DNA from: Eledone cirrhosa
Taxonomy: Eukaryota
Reading direction: 5' to 3'
Assembly (NCBI GenBank): GCA_964016885.1
Contig: OZ024747.1
Span: forward strand, 48,484,001 to 48,548,000
Length of the DNA: 64,000 nucleotides
In this document: positions 48,161 to 61,951 of the stretch, in pieces
Numbering within the stretch: the stretch's first letter is position 1
Layout of the letters: every line of letters begins with the position of its first letter
Made by a program: the position numbers and the translations under genes
Notes under the pieces: model-generated
What the model was told of the DNA's origin: nothing
Databases searched by the model: none
Seen by the model: the letters and a program-made list of their open reading frames with translations, nothing else

Positions 48161-50629
48161 ACATACATACATGCATACATACATACATATGTGATTATTG
48201 GGGCACTGGGGTATGTTAGTAACTGCCTCAGTACAAATCATTGAGAAGCTGGGCTTCACAGAAACATAAAGAACACAACTAGTTAGGAAATTACAAGTAC
48301 AATACATTAATGGAACAGTAAAAATATGTAAAACATTCCAAACATTCTGCATCTAATAACTGCATATACACTTGTACAGATACAAAGCATATACATATGC
48401 ACACATATAACTCAAAACATACACATCCACACATACAATAACATCCATACCTGCACACACATGCATGTAGACATGCAGACATATGTACCTAGTTGATGTT
48501 GTGTAAATTACAATGAGAGAGTCTTGTGTCTATGTTAGAAACCGACTCTCTCTCTATTGGCAAAAAATTGTAAAATTGTAAAACCAGAAGAACACACACA
48601 CACATACATAGATTGCAGAAGACCTTAACCTTTTAGAGAAGGCCACTTGTGTGTTATATTTAATAGAACTAAGGAAGGTAAAATTCTACATAAACTGGTT
48701 TACTATAACTCGGAGAAATTTCGTATCTAAGAATAGTTTCTAATTCAGGCACAAAGACAGCAGTTTTGGTGGGAAAAGAAATCTGAACAGTACTTTATTT
48801 TATCGAAAGGATGAAAGACAAAGTTTATTAAGTTCTAAATAATATTAAGTTTATCTAAACATAATGTATAAATCATTTGAAAATCGAACATCTTTCGTAG
48901 TCCAACACAATAATAATTGATATGCAAGAAGATGGAAAAAAACGTAGTACCAAGCGGTATGTTACTGTTGGAAGTGAAGAGAATCAAATATGGTAGAAAC
49001 CTTGTATCAGCATGGTGCGATTACAAACAACATTTTAGATTCTATTCTTTGCTAATGGTTGTTCAAATAACTGCATTTGGTAACAGTACTTACAGCCTTA
49101 GTTACTGGTACTGAATGATACAAATACAAGGTCAACCATCTTCAACATTGTAACTGAAAAAAACGTAACGGTTGTCTCCGTTGTTATATAATTTAGTCGG
49201 CCTTTGCTTTTGTATATTTTGACATTAACTCAAATGTCATTTCTTTTACAATATTTAGTGCTTGTATGCGTGGGTCTACTGCAGCAAGAAACTCAAATGT
49301 AACCCTTAATTTTTTATTGTTGTTGATTTTAATACACTGGAAATCTCTACAATGTTGGGATGCAGCTGGATTTAATAACAGACATTTCAGCTGATATACC
49401 GATAGAATTTCTCAAGAGGAAATGTTCATATTTAATAAAACAAGAAAATCACTTTCTAAACAAAAACCATCAACAATAAGTCTCTCTATTTCCTGTTCCG
49501 CATAACCAGCGCTAGAAATACCGAGGTATTAACGAAGATGTATTATATACATGTGGCGTGAATAAATATAGTTTCCGGAATCTTAAAAATATGACAGTTG
49601 AAGTGTTCTTACAATCAGAGAATATCCCACAATGTATTTGTGGTACTAGTAGTGAGCTCAATATTTGAGACACTTGATTGGTTTATGGAGAAAATGTCCA
49701 CCATATTTGTTTTATTAAGCACTCCACAAGATTTCCGTTAACTGGAAACCTTAAGATAAATAGGGCTATAGACAGACACAGACTCATAAGAAGGGGCTTA
49801 CGGTCGGTTCAGACAAAACTAGAATCTTTCATAGTATCATCCAGACCACATTTGCTAAACAACAATAATCGCCTCACCTATGTATTAAAAAATGAGAGGA
49901 GCTACAATTCATGACCCGGAAGTAAAATCTCTAAGAAGTAACGGGTTCCTGATGACCTTTGATGTGATTTCAAAACAAAGACCCAGAGGAGAAATAGTCA
50001 GTGTACGAAATATTTTATACACGAGTATGATTCACTAGAAATGTGTGAATAATGCGAACGTCATCAGACTTGTGGCCATTACATTACGTTATACTTCAAA
50101 AACCATGTTTGCAATTAAAGAGCGTATTTGTTGAGCAAAATAAAACAGTAAAGCTCTGAAGCTCTCACATTATGCCAAAAATCCATCGTATCATATATCT
50201 ATAAACGAATTTCCATATGTGATTAGTACTTGCACTAATATGCCATTAAGTTTCAGTGTGGTATGACATTGTTTTTAAAACAGTATATATAAGAACTACT
50301 CTGGAATAAGCACACAAAATATTTCTGGTATTGAGAATATTCACACATTGCGAGATAAGGAATATTGGTGAAAAATTGTCACCAAGACGTTGGAAGTTGC
50401 ACTATAGAATTTCCTAAGATTCAGAATTGTAAAGTTAGAAAGACCTTTTATTTATAGTGTAGTATTTTACAAAGCATAAATAATTTTAAATTTCATATTT
50501 AATGGTTGACTTTAAAGTCTAAATAATTATAAAGTGTTTCATCTGTTTAATGTCTCAAGAAGCCTTGGATTTATTTTCTTAGAAATATATCTTTAGAATC
50601 CATAAATTCGCAGAAAACCTGTTTTAGTT

Positions 50630-50830
50630 TACCGGAATCTTGCTGAAGACCTGTCTCTTTATAAGTCTGTGTGCCGCTCTCGTTGAAACTATTTTCCAGT
50701 TCGTGTGAATGTCTGAATGCAACACACTACTTTCTCTTTGACTTCGTCTAACATTGACTGCCTTTAACTGACGTAGAAACCCAATCGAGCCGTGGTGGTA
50801 GTGACCGTCATTGGTTTGATATATAACAGC
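50630..50830 (-). promoter_or_regulatory. Candidate host promoter and non-coding first exon
   Basis: Within the only long microsatellite-poor stretch; CpG-richer patch with two opposed CCAAT boxes and TGACG half-sites, then a possible donor CCG/GTAAAC near 50632. Confidence 0.3.
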
Positions 50831-51489
50831 CGATAATCGTTTCTTCGAAAGCTTTATTCTGATTGATCTATTCAAGTTCTCTTCATGATGAAGAAAGAAT
50901 GAATACAGAATGATGTCTACGCCACAATATTAAGTTAAATTAAATTACAAATACACCCTGCTATGTGAGTTCATGTGAGTTCATTTAATTTATCCTAAAA
51001 TACTCCCAAAACATTAATTTTTCTATATTCGTTCTTTCTCATTCATGGGAAGAACGAGATTAGACCAGGCACAGCAAATATATTTTTCTTAATCCTACCA
51101 CCAATAATAATTATAATTTATGAAGACTAACCTAATTTACATATATATATGATTTTACACAGCAATAATGTTACTCTTTATTTATATGCAAACCAAGCGG
51201 TTTATTTTCAAAGTCAAATACTTTGTTTTATTGTTTTTTTTTTTAAATAAAAGTTTCAAATCCATCTATATTCAACCGTCTCTCCCCAAAACATCCAAGT
51301 TTATCCACCTTCTATTACATATATCATTTCCCTTAATATGCTTTGCAAAAATCGTATATTTTACGATTTAATTTTGTCACTTCAAATACTTAACTTCAAA
51401 ACAAGCATAAGTAGTGAAAGAGTAATTCGTTGGGAAGGAAAAATTAACAATCTCCCATCTGTAACAACAATGGCGCTAAAGCTGAGCGA

Positions 51490-51800
51490 GGCACTGCCCC
51501 TGGAGCAGATACAAACTATACAGTGTAGAAATGCCTAAACAGACTAACATCTGGTGTTGGACGTCCAAAAGTAAATCTGGAAAACTGGCGATATTTAAAG
51601 AATGGGGACGTTGTGTGTGACTGCGGCAGCAAACCACAGACTACGCAGCACCTCCTGATATGACCCCTGCTGGAACATCCCAGCACAGCATTGGACTAGG
51701 CAAAGTTTAATGAGAAAGGACAGCAATGTATTCAGCTGTGGCAAAAACACATCTAACCAAGCTTTGCAACTGACTCTCTTGTGGACACGATAAGAAGGAA
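51490..51800 (+). mobile_element. Vingi/Ingi-like LINE 3' remnant
   Basis: Translates LNRLTSGVGRPKVNLENWRYL...CDCGSKPQTTQHLL. Confidence 0.6.
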
Positions 51801-52190
51801 AACTTCAAAACAACTTTCCAAACCTCTCCGACTCTAACCCTTTCTAATATTCAATTTCTTTACACCAAAATTTCGATATAACATAGGTTGTTTTAATCTT
51901 AGGATTTTGTAGAACAGTCATACAACGCTGTTAAAACTATCCATAGTACATACAGAGTCCTCACAACCTCTAACTGGATTACCTAAAACGATAACTTGTT
52001 ATCCCATATATATATATATACATATATAAAGGTCTGATGACATGGTGTGTTGGCTTACAGTGTACTTTCGGTTTTTGATAATATTTGTGTATTATTCAAA
52101 TAGCGAGGTATAGGTAACTCATACACTATAGAAACAATTGTTACCTAATAAATTCTATATACCCGCATTTCCATTTCGTAAATTTTTTCT

Positions 52191-52261
<71 letters not shown>

Positions 52262-52364
52262 TTATATATATACATACACAGACACACACATATATATACA
52301 TACACACTCACATATATATATATATATACATACACAAACACACACGCAAACATATCTATCTATC

Positions 52365-52620
52365 TAGAGCGGGTAAAATTCCCGAGATCCATGGACGAGT
52401 TCTCTCCAGCGGTCTCTGTCCCTCATTATCGCTGCCATGTCCCGCGTCTCCAACAGACCAGTGTCTGTCCTTAGGGCATCAACATACGTTAACCTTGGTC
52501 TTCCTCTTCCAGTGTGTCCATGCAGGGGCTCCCACAGGAGCACTGAGTGCAGTGTCAACCCTGGATGTCAGTGAGCATGTCCAGCTAACCCCAGTCTCCT
52601 CTGTGTCACTTTTGATCTGA
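52365..52620 (-). mobile_element. RTE-group LINE 3' remnant
   Basis: [28 protein letters not shown]...MRDRDRWR. Confidence 0.75.
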
Positions 52621-52622
52621 CT

Positions 52623-52656
<34 letters not shown>

Positions 52657-52764
52657 GTATATATTCATATATATACACACACACATACACACATATATAT
52701 ACACACACATACACATATATATATATATATTCCTACATACACACACACACACATATATATATAC

Positions 52765-52865
<101 letters not shown>

Positions 52866-52974
52866 CGGAGAGTGCTTGGCTCTGATGGTCGCCAACAGCG
52901 TGAAACAGACTGTTAGCTTCTCTCCCTTCTTTCTATGCTATAAAGCATGGTCTCCGACCCTCTACCGATACTGC

Positions 52975-53350
52975 CGAATGAATATTAAATAATTTATGTA
53001 CTAAATTTTGTAACTCTTGATTACATATAAATAATTTTATTTTTCTTATTTCAAGATTCACTTGTTTAAAAATTTTCAAATATCAATACTTCCGGTTATG
53101 ATATAATGGACGCTATATCACATCGCTTATATTTCCGTCGCTAATTTTCTCCTTTTTCGTTTTCATAAAATGTTGCCGTAATGCAGTTTATATATAATAT
53201 CGTCTTTTTTAAATGTATCATGGATTACTTTACTGATTACAGAAGACAGTGTAACACAGTCTGCCTTCAATTTCTGTGCATATAGTCAATTACAATTTTA
53301 TTTGAGGTATCATATCTAGATGCATATATATTTGCATATAATATCAATAT
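52975..53350. repeat. Unclassified AT-rich dispersed repeat with inverted homolog at 60198-60530
   Basis: Shared segments such as ATGTATCATGGATTAC, GTGTAACACAGTCT, TTCAATTTCTGTG. Confidence 0.75.
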
Positions 53351-53397
53351 ACACACTACACATGCAGAAAACCATCCGAAGGGTGGTCTTTCTGCTA

Positions 53398-53444
<47 letters not shown>

Positions 53445-54079
53445 AAAGTTATGTAAATATTGGTTTCAGGTTTGATGAAGAGCGACATAGCGTCTGGTTT
53501 TGGAGAGAAAGACAGTGTTGCTGTTAAATGATAATTGAGATTTTGTATAGAGTTTGATATTTCCTTCCGGCGGATATGGCGTTGATTAGACAAAAGATTT
53601 GTAGGATAATGAACTCTGTGATGCATTAAGTGGCATAGGCGACGATGATTGTGATGGTAATGGTGGTGAGGGTAATGGTGAGAGTGGTGATGGTGATGAT
53701 GGTGGCGGGCGGTGGTAGTCACGGTGGTGGTGACGGTGGTCAGGGAGATGGTGACGGTGCTGGTGAAATCGGTGATGGATTGGCAGCGTCATCAAAGCTT
53801 CTAGAAAAAAATCCTCTTGTGGTATTTATTCCGCCCCTTTACGTTCACAGTTCAAATCCTGCCGAGGTTAACTTTGCCTTTCAATTAGAAACTAACCAGT
53901 GACGGTGATGGTGATGGTGATAAAGGTCGAATACCCAGAGATGTCTTCTGCAGGATAAAGAAATATTTAAATTCACCGAGATCAACTTTGCATTTCATCA
54001 CCTCCGGGGTCGATATAATCGACTTTTCCCTCCCCCAAACTGGTGGCCTTAACCATTTGACAAATAGAGATCAATGAAA

Positions 54080-54990
54080 TACTAGGTTAACTACCGTTTG
54101 AAAAAAGAGTAAGATTCTGGTTGATAGTCATAATCCGAATATATCAACTAACATCATACTGGATGGAAGAAGACTTGAAGAAGCAGACACCTTCAAGTAA
54201 CTTGGATCAACTCTGACCAAAGAGGGTAGATCTTTAAAGGAGATATTGACAAGACTGGCCACCTCTGCGATGATTCAATTCAATTCAATATATTTGGCAG
54301 AAATTAAAAGATAGATGCTTCAGATGCCATGTAAGGAGGGGAGGGGTCAACATTTACACAGTCGGAAACACAGTGGTCCCACACCGGTCCACTTTCACCT
54401 TGAATTGTTGCGTGGTTGACGCGTTGACTACTTCTTCTGGAAGCCGATTCCAGGGTCCAGAGATGCAGATCGAGAAAGCAGCTTTACGTCTATTTAGGCG
54501 AAAGCGGCGGTGAAACAGCTTTTTGTCATGTCCACGTGAATGTCCTTGGTGACTGGGCATGAGAATTTCCCTCTCACAGCTGACACATGGAACGAAGAAT
54601 CCAGTCATTTGAGCACAACTGCTTCAGAAGGTTGCTATATATCCCATACACGGAGCATAAAACAAATAGCCTTGTCAGGCAGTAAAAGTTAAAAAATATG
54701 CTGACAGACAGGAACCACTCCTAGCAATGGTGAAATGATGGAAGTTTGCCTGGTATGGTCATGTATCCTACCACAACCCACAACTCCTTGTCTAAAACCA
54801 TCTCCAAGGCACAGTCGAGGGAGTACGATGGAGATGAAAACACACACAAAAAATCCCGATCTGATAACATCAAAGACTGGACTGGTCACAACACCGAGAC
54901 CCTTCTACGCATGACAGAGAATAGAGACCAGTAGCAATGGCTGACTAGGAAAGAGTGTAATGGTACCCTAAGGACTGTCTGCACCAGTTG
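54080..54990 (+). mobile_element. Decayed RTE fragments interrupted by a minus-strand CR1 3' end (about 54275-54560)
   Basis: RTE: LEEADTFK*LGSTLT, WYGHV, HNSLSKTI, NIKDWTG. CR1: SRGHDKKLF...FS....PWNRLPEEVVNA...FK..VD with an (ATTCA)n tail. Confidence 0.7.
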
Positions 54991-55387
54991 TGGGAACATG
55001 ATTGATTGATTTCAGTCACTGGACTGTGGCCAAGCTGAGAAACCACCCACAACGGTACTTAATCAAATATTTAATCGATCTTTAGTTATCGAATGGCTAA
55101 GCTACTGGCAGCTGAGACTGCAGCAGATTGGTGTTTTTAAACGTTTAACACCATTCATTTCTATTAGAGGTATGTTAAAAAATAAATAGGTAATGGTTTC
55201 TGTTTTCATGAACTAGACTGTTATTTACATTAAAATTGTTGTCCATTTTCATTATTGATTGAATTTTGTGTATAAAAAAATAAAAATGTACGTCTTCAAC
55301 ATTTAATTTATTGATTATGTGAGTGAGTGGACACACACGCAGATGCATAAACAGACAGACAGACATACAGACATACAGACAAACAGA

Positions 55388-55503
<116 letters not shown>

Positions 55504-55504
55504 C

Positions 55505-55536
<32 letters not shown>

Positions 55537-56276
55537 TTATGTGTATGTGCGTGTGTGACAATAGCGATGGTTTTACATTTATATGAATATGATGATAGTG
55601 TTGTTGCTGCTGCCCTTGTTTTTGTTGTCGATGTTTGTTGAATAGTCTGATTAGATTGTTGTTGTAATGGTTATATAAGGAAGTGGGGTGGCAAAAGGAA
55701 ACTAGTTTGTTTAGTTTCACGGCAGGGTAGCTCAGTATAAATTTCTCTTGTACTTTCGGGTCATTATGACCGGCTGGGAAACATACGACCTTTTTTTCTG
55801 AAAAGAAAGCAACTTAAAAACAAACTAGGATGGAACGAAAAAATAACTGTAATATCAAATTCAACAAATAAATAGATTATTTTGAACGAGATACATTAAT
55901 TACGAGTTTCTGCATTAATTCAGGCATCTAGAGCCATTCGTCAATGTATGTTGTAGTTTTTCACTTAATGGAATCTTTTGATCCTGGCTGTTCATATGAC
56001 GTTCTTTCGCTCATCATCGACGCTCATGAATCAACGTTGACTTGACTCTAGCTCTACCGTTGATATCACACCTCGCTGACACCCCATAGTGGAATTCTTT
56101 GTCATTGGTGTTTACTGGGCGACATGGCAGTCAGAAAGGTAGATAGATAGACATTAATTATTTTTGTTATTGATGAGTATAAATAGAGTAATGAAACATT
56201 GAATTTACAGTTAAACAATTATTCCCAAAGACACTCCATCAGCTTCAGGAATAGTTATATGAAGAACACACAAATA

Positions 56277-56470
56277 TAATTGTTTCTATTTTAGGCACAA
56301 GGCCAGCAATTACCCAGTACATTACTGGTACTGTATTTTATCGACCCCGTAAGGATGAAAGGCAAAGTTAACCTCGGCCGGATTTGAACTCAGATCGTAA
56401 AGGGACGTAACTATGCTGGAAAGCATGGTGTCTGACCCTCTACCAATACTGCCAATTCACCGCCATTATA
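56277..56470 (-). mobile_element. tRNA-derived SINE copy
   Basis: Reverse complement of the 28228 family. Confidence 0.8.
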
Positions 56471-56709
56471 ATGTTAGTCAGTAAACCATCAACGACATTC
56501 TTGGAAATAATGGTCATAAATGGAATCAACATTTTCCATTAATTTGACAATAAAAATCACGCTGGGAATAAAAGAAAATATAGCTCCACTTACAGATGTT
56601 TATATATTTTTTACTGGCCATGCTGTACTTCTTTTAGTTATTTGTCGACTGATGCATATTTTATCAATCCTTTTTTGTTTTTTCGTTGCACACACAAAGC
56701 GACAAACGT

Positions 56710-56785
<76 letters not shown>

Positions 56786-56794
56786 AGTGTGTGT

Positions 56795-56878
56795 ATTAGC
56801 TTTCATTTTCCACGGTACCATGTTCAAGTGTCTTCTACTATAGTCTCCAGTTGATCAATGAGTGAAATTACGGAACCT

Positions 56879-56941
<63 letters not shown>

Positions 56942-56971
56942 ACACACACACACCCACACCCACACACACAT

Positions 56972-57023
<52 letters not shown>

Positions 57024-57108
57024 CAGGTTTTGTAATTTCACTCATTGGTCAACTGGAGACTATAGTAGACGACACTTGAATATGGTACCGTGGAAAACGA
57101 AAGCTAAT
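56795..57108. repeat. Fold-back element: about 90-bp inverted arms around (CA)n(TA)n(TG)n
   Basis: ATTAGCTTTCATTTTCCACGGTACCAT...CCTGACA versus TGTCAGG...ATGGTACCGTGGAAAACGAAAGCTAAT. Confidence 0.9.
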
Positions 57109-57794
57109 ATTCATATAAAATTACTGGAAATAAGTAAAACTTATCGAATCAACAGAACAATTGGAAAGGTTATAAACAAAGAAATGTTGGGGAATCTAGA
57201 AGATATGAAAAAGCAAAACAAAACACAACAAAAAGCAACATCCCCAAACATAACAAAGAATTTAGTTTGGATAACAGTACATTTTACTGACATCAAGACA
57301 ACTAGGCAACTTGAAATATAGAAATATCATGTTCGAAATTAAAAACCGATAGCTAATTTATAGAGCATTCAGGGGAAAGTAGTAAAATGTATAACAATGA
57401 AGCATACAGAAGGATTGAAATTTAATCAAGGCTCTAGGAAAATGTTGCAATAAATTAAAAAGAAAGATATGGGTGTAACATTTATGAAAGAGTGGAACAT
57501 GGGAGCTTCTATATAATTATGTAAGAATAGTTTGGATAAATTTATTTACATTGAGAACACAACTACACAGAAAAATAGATGTTGGGAGCTCCTGTATGGT
57601 TAAAGACATCTACAGAGAGAAATAGATCTTAGAAATTCCTAATTACACTAAGAATGGTTTTGCTAAACACCCCTATGTTTCATGAAAATATCAGGTATTA
57701 GACTTTTCTACGATATTATTGAAAATCTCTGATCAACCCTAACTGACTTACTCAAGGGTTTACACTCCTTGTTTACAAGGCCAAAAGGAAGGGC

Positions 57795-58040
57795 AATTAG
57801 TTGACAGACAATTCGTCACCAGATGGTTGCTAGGTTAATTCGTCACCATGGTTGCCAGATCAATTGAATGCCAGGTCAATTATTTGCCAGGTCAATTGGT
57901 TGCCAGTTCAATTAGTTGCCAGGTCAATTAGTTGCCAGGTCAATTGGTTGCCAGGTCAATTGGTTGCCAGTTCAATTAGTTGCCAGTTCAATTTGGTGTC
58001 AGGTCAATTGGTTGCCAGTCAATTTGTTGCCAGTCAATTG
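57795..58040. repeat. 16-bp minisatellite (TTGCCAGGTCAATT(G/A)G)
   Basis: About a dozen clear units, degenerate at the left edge. Confidence 0.88.
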
Positions 58041-58727
58041 TTTTGTTTTAAACTCGGAGAACCAAGTAAGTTTTGTTGCTGTCAATTGTTCTACGAGTAT
58101 CTTGAGCTAGTTTAGAAGCGTTCCATTGTGCGCCGTACAATGAGCAATTTAAAACGTGGTAAGTCTGTCTCAAACTCTGAGGTCCACTAGGCTGATGCTT
58201 ATCCAAGATTCAAAGACAGTAAGCGGCCGAGAGTAAAAAAAAACTGGACAAAACCTCCAACTACGGCTGATACTGTGTTTTTTTTAGGTGAGTGGAATAG
58301 ACCAATGTGAAATGAAGAGTCTTGCTCAAGGATGCAATGCGCATCCATGTTCAAAGATGGGATCCACAAGCTTATAATCGTGTGTCTAACAACTAAGCTA
58401 TGTGACTTAAACGTTAGTCATCGAAAATATTAGGAACTTTGATGTGTAAAATATGAAGAACGTTTTGCGAAAATTTATCCAGGGATTATAGATAAACAGA
58501 TGAAGAAATACAGAAATAATCCTTTATGATTCTTTTACGTGTTTCTTTTACGTACTAGACTGCGGTCATGTAGAGCACAGTATGTATTTAGTTGATCAAT
58601 CTATTTTTATCGATCTATTTTTATCGAACCACCTGGTTTATAGATAATAAACAAATAGTTAACTTCAACACAGATACGGACACACATGCACATGCACTCA
58701 TTCACACATACATATACACACACGCAC

Positions 58728-58801
<74 letters not shown>

Positions 58802-59689
58802 GAATATATATACGCCAGTTTCACACAGTGTTCGTATACAAATTTAACTCACAAGGTTTTGGTCAACTTGAGACTAAGGTAGAAGATACTTGCCTAAGGT
58901 GCCAGGCAATGTGCCTGAATCCCAAACCATGTGGCTATGAAGCGGATTCTTTAACTATACAGCCATGATTTTGACTATGAATAAACGTATTAGGAATGTG
59001 ATAAACAAAAGCCGGGATGTGGTGTCAAACTGTTGGACGATTAAGTAAGTTACAATGCAAAGAGCCCGAACAGACACCCAATGCATCTAGTTGGATGCCT
59101 TTACAATTCTCCATATCCGTCACTCTTGTCTGGAACTTTATTTCATCACGTTCGAAAGTATGGAAAGCAAAACTGACCTCGGTGGGATTTGAACTCAGAA
59201 CGTATATGGTGACGTATTGCAAAAATATGATGGGTTGTAGTGTAATACAGGGGAACATTTTCAAAATAGTGAGTTATGTCAAAATATGATTAAATTCGAC
59301 GATAAATCGAAGAAGCGGAACAAACAGGTAACTATTACACTTGGTTTATATAGGCATTTAAGATGCCACAATTTTCATGTAAGGTTTTACATACATTAAC
59401 AATAAAACACTGCATAGGCTATTGTGAACAAATGGTTTTATAATGAAATTTTCATGGTTTGAAAAGTAGATGATATGAAAAGTATGAAAAGTACCTGAAA
59501 TACTACATGACATGCTACAATTCATTAAAAAAAAACAAAAACAAATTTTAAAATGAAAACAATTTGTGAATGAACTTGCAATCAACAGGTAAACTATAAA
59601 CCAACCGCGCCATTATATACACTAGCAGAAAAACCACCCAAAGTGTGGTTTTCTGCTAGCATGTGTAGTGTGTATATTGATATTATCTT

Positions 59690-60200
59690 AGTCTTAGTTC
59701 CTCCAGTCCCTTGTGGAACATTGGGCGACGAGCTTCCTCCACTTGATCCTGTCACTGGCGGCCCTTCCAGCACATCTCCAGGTAATGCCCATCTCCCGCA
59801 GTTCCTCCCTGAATGTGCTCCGTCATGTTTTTCGTGGTCTTCCCCGTTCTCTCCTGCCACCTTCTGGTACCCATTCCATGGCAATATGAGCAGGTCGATC
59901 TGCCGGCAAACAAAGGATGTGGCCCGCGAACCGCCGTCTCCTTTTCCGGACAATGTCCCTTAACCTCTCCAATCCTGACCTCCTCATCACTTCCTCGTTG
60001 CTAACTTAGTCTCTCCATGAAATTTTCAATATGGTCCGAATGCAACGACGGTGGAATACATCAATATATTAACATCTTCAGGTCGCTGTACCGACATTCC
60101 AGGTGCTGCGTTAGGACAAAGGACGGAAACACGGAAATGTTTGACATCTTGACGGGTGTTCGACAAGGCTGCATCCTTTCGCCTTTCCTTTTCCTCATAT
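59690..60200. mobile_element. RTE LINE remnant: minus-strand 3' end plus an inverted RT piece
   Basis: Minus 59690-60010 reads MEWVPEGGRRERGRPRKTW-like; plus 60040-60200 reads TGVRQGCILSPFLFL. Confidence 0.7.
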
Positions 60201-60819
60201 TGATATTATACGCAAGTATATATACATGTAGATATGATACATCAAATAAAATCATAATTGACAATATACACAGAAATTGAACGAAGACTGTGTTACACTC
60301 TCTTATGTAATCAGTAACGTAATCCATGATACATTAAAAAAGACGATATTATATATAAACTGCATTAGGAGAAAATTAGTGACGGAAATATATGAGTATT
60401 TATTTAAACGATCGCTAACCGGAAGTGTTGACATTTGAAAATTTTAAAGAAGTGAATCTTTAAATAAATAATAAAATATATTTAATGAACAGCCACGAAA
60501 TTTAGTAGATAAATTATGTAATATTCATTCATTATTTATTCAAAGTAATCCAACTTATTTTACTAATGGGATAAAAAAAATTATAAACCGTACGCAGTCC
60601 CGCGCTCCTTACTTTATTATAGTTTAGATATATATGTGTATATATATATATAATTAGTTGCAAACACAAGGTTCTAAAAACCTTCTCTAAATAGAAACCA
60701 CTATCTCTCTACGGACAACTGACGCTGCACACCAGGTCCGAACACGGAAGTGCCGCACTCCCACTGTCATCGCCTCCATCTCTCTCGCCCTCCCCATCTC
60801 TCTGTATTATGAGCAAATG

Positions 60820-61345
60820 GGGTCCCACGTGCTGGCCGCCCCACGGCCCCGGCGGAAAAAATGGAAAAGGCGTTTCCCCGGAGGTGGGTAAGGGAGATGC
60901 GCTGGAAGAGCCATTTCATCTCGCGAGGCTCACACCTGCGGCTAGCCAGCTCAGCGCCTATGGTGGTAAGTAGGGAGGTAGCCCTAGAGTCAAGGACACC
61001 AGAAGTCTGCACTGCTAGGGGCTCGACTGCAAACCTGTCGGAGAGCGACCGATATTTGGAGAGTTTGCCCTCCTTAGCCCGAAGTGCAGCAGAACCTGGG
61101 TTAGTCGCAGACTGCACCAGGTTGCGACTGGAGAATGTGTCACTGCATCCCAGACGAGGGATTTTCCACCGCGGAACGGGATGATGGCCATACCATCTCG
61201 CTTATTGCCGTCCCGTCGGTCCAACCCCACTGGCTCGAGCTGGGAGGGGAAGCCTGCAGCATTCAAACCATGCTTTATGACCTCGTTGAGGGCGGCATGA
61301 CGTAGAAGGCGGCCGGTACTGTAGCGTCAAGAAAGCAGGTGGAGG
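60820..61345 (-). mobile_element. CRE-like RLE fragment
   Basis: [42 protein letters not shown]; homologous to 32600-33090. Confidence 0.8.
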
Positions 61346-61902
61346 GTTATGACTTCAAAGGAATATAACGCAATGCATCAGGAAATTGAAAAACATTGAT
61401 GTCTAATTTAGGCACAATTGGGGATGGAGTAAGTTGATTAAAGCCCTGGTACTTTATTTTATTGACCCCGGAAAAATGAAAGGCAAAGTTGACCTCGGCA
61501 GGATTTGAACTCAAAATGGCATTTTATCCGACGCTCTACCAATTCTGACAACCCACCATTTTTTAAATTGTGAAATATTACATAATATCAGTATATGCCG
61601 ACTATTGACGGAATATACCGAACATTGACAGAATAAAACGCAATGCGGTGAAGTCCGGAAAATCATAACAGACCCAAGTTGACTGAAGCAGAAAAACACG
61701 TAGCTATATGTGGCGGAAGTTTCGTGCTATGGTGGGGCACAGCTTAATATAGATAGCTTCATTAAAGCAGCAGGTGGGGGAAGCTTTCCAGTCATATATA
61801 TAATGTTACTACTGTTAAAGAGATCTGGTTTGAATTACAATAATATTTCTAATTACTTTATAAATCACAGGCTGCTGAAATAAAAACAATGTTTTAGAGA
61901 AC

Positions 61903-61949
<47 letters not shown>

Positions 61950-61951
<2 letters not shown>

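Noticed and set aside
48507-48552. GAGAGAGTC/GACTCTCTC hairpin with internal GAAAC as a hammerhead
   Set aside because: No CUGANGA core or cleavage triplet.
50624-50875. 83-aa ORF as a host gene
   Set aside because: Non-ATG start and no recognisable domain; the region reads better as promoter or UTR.
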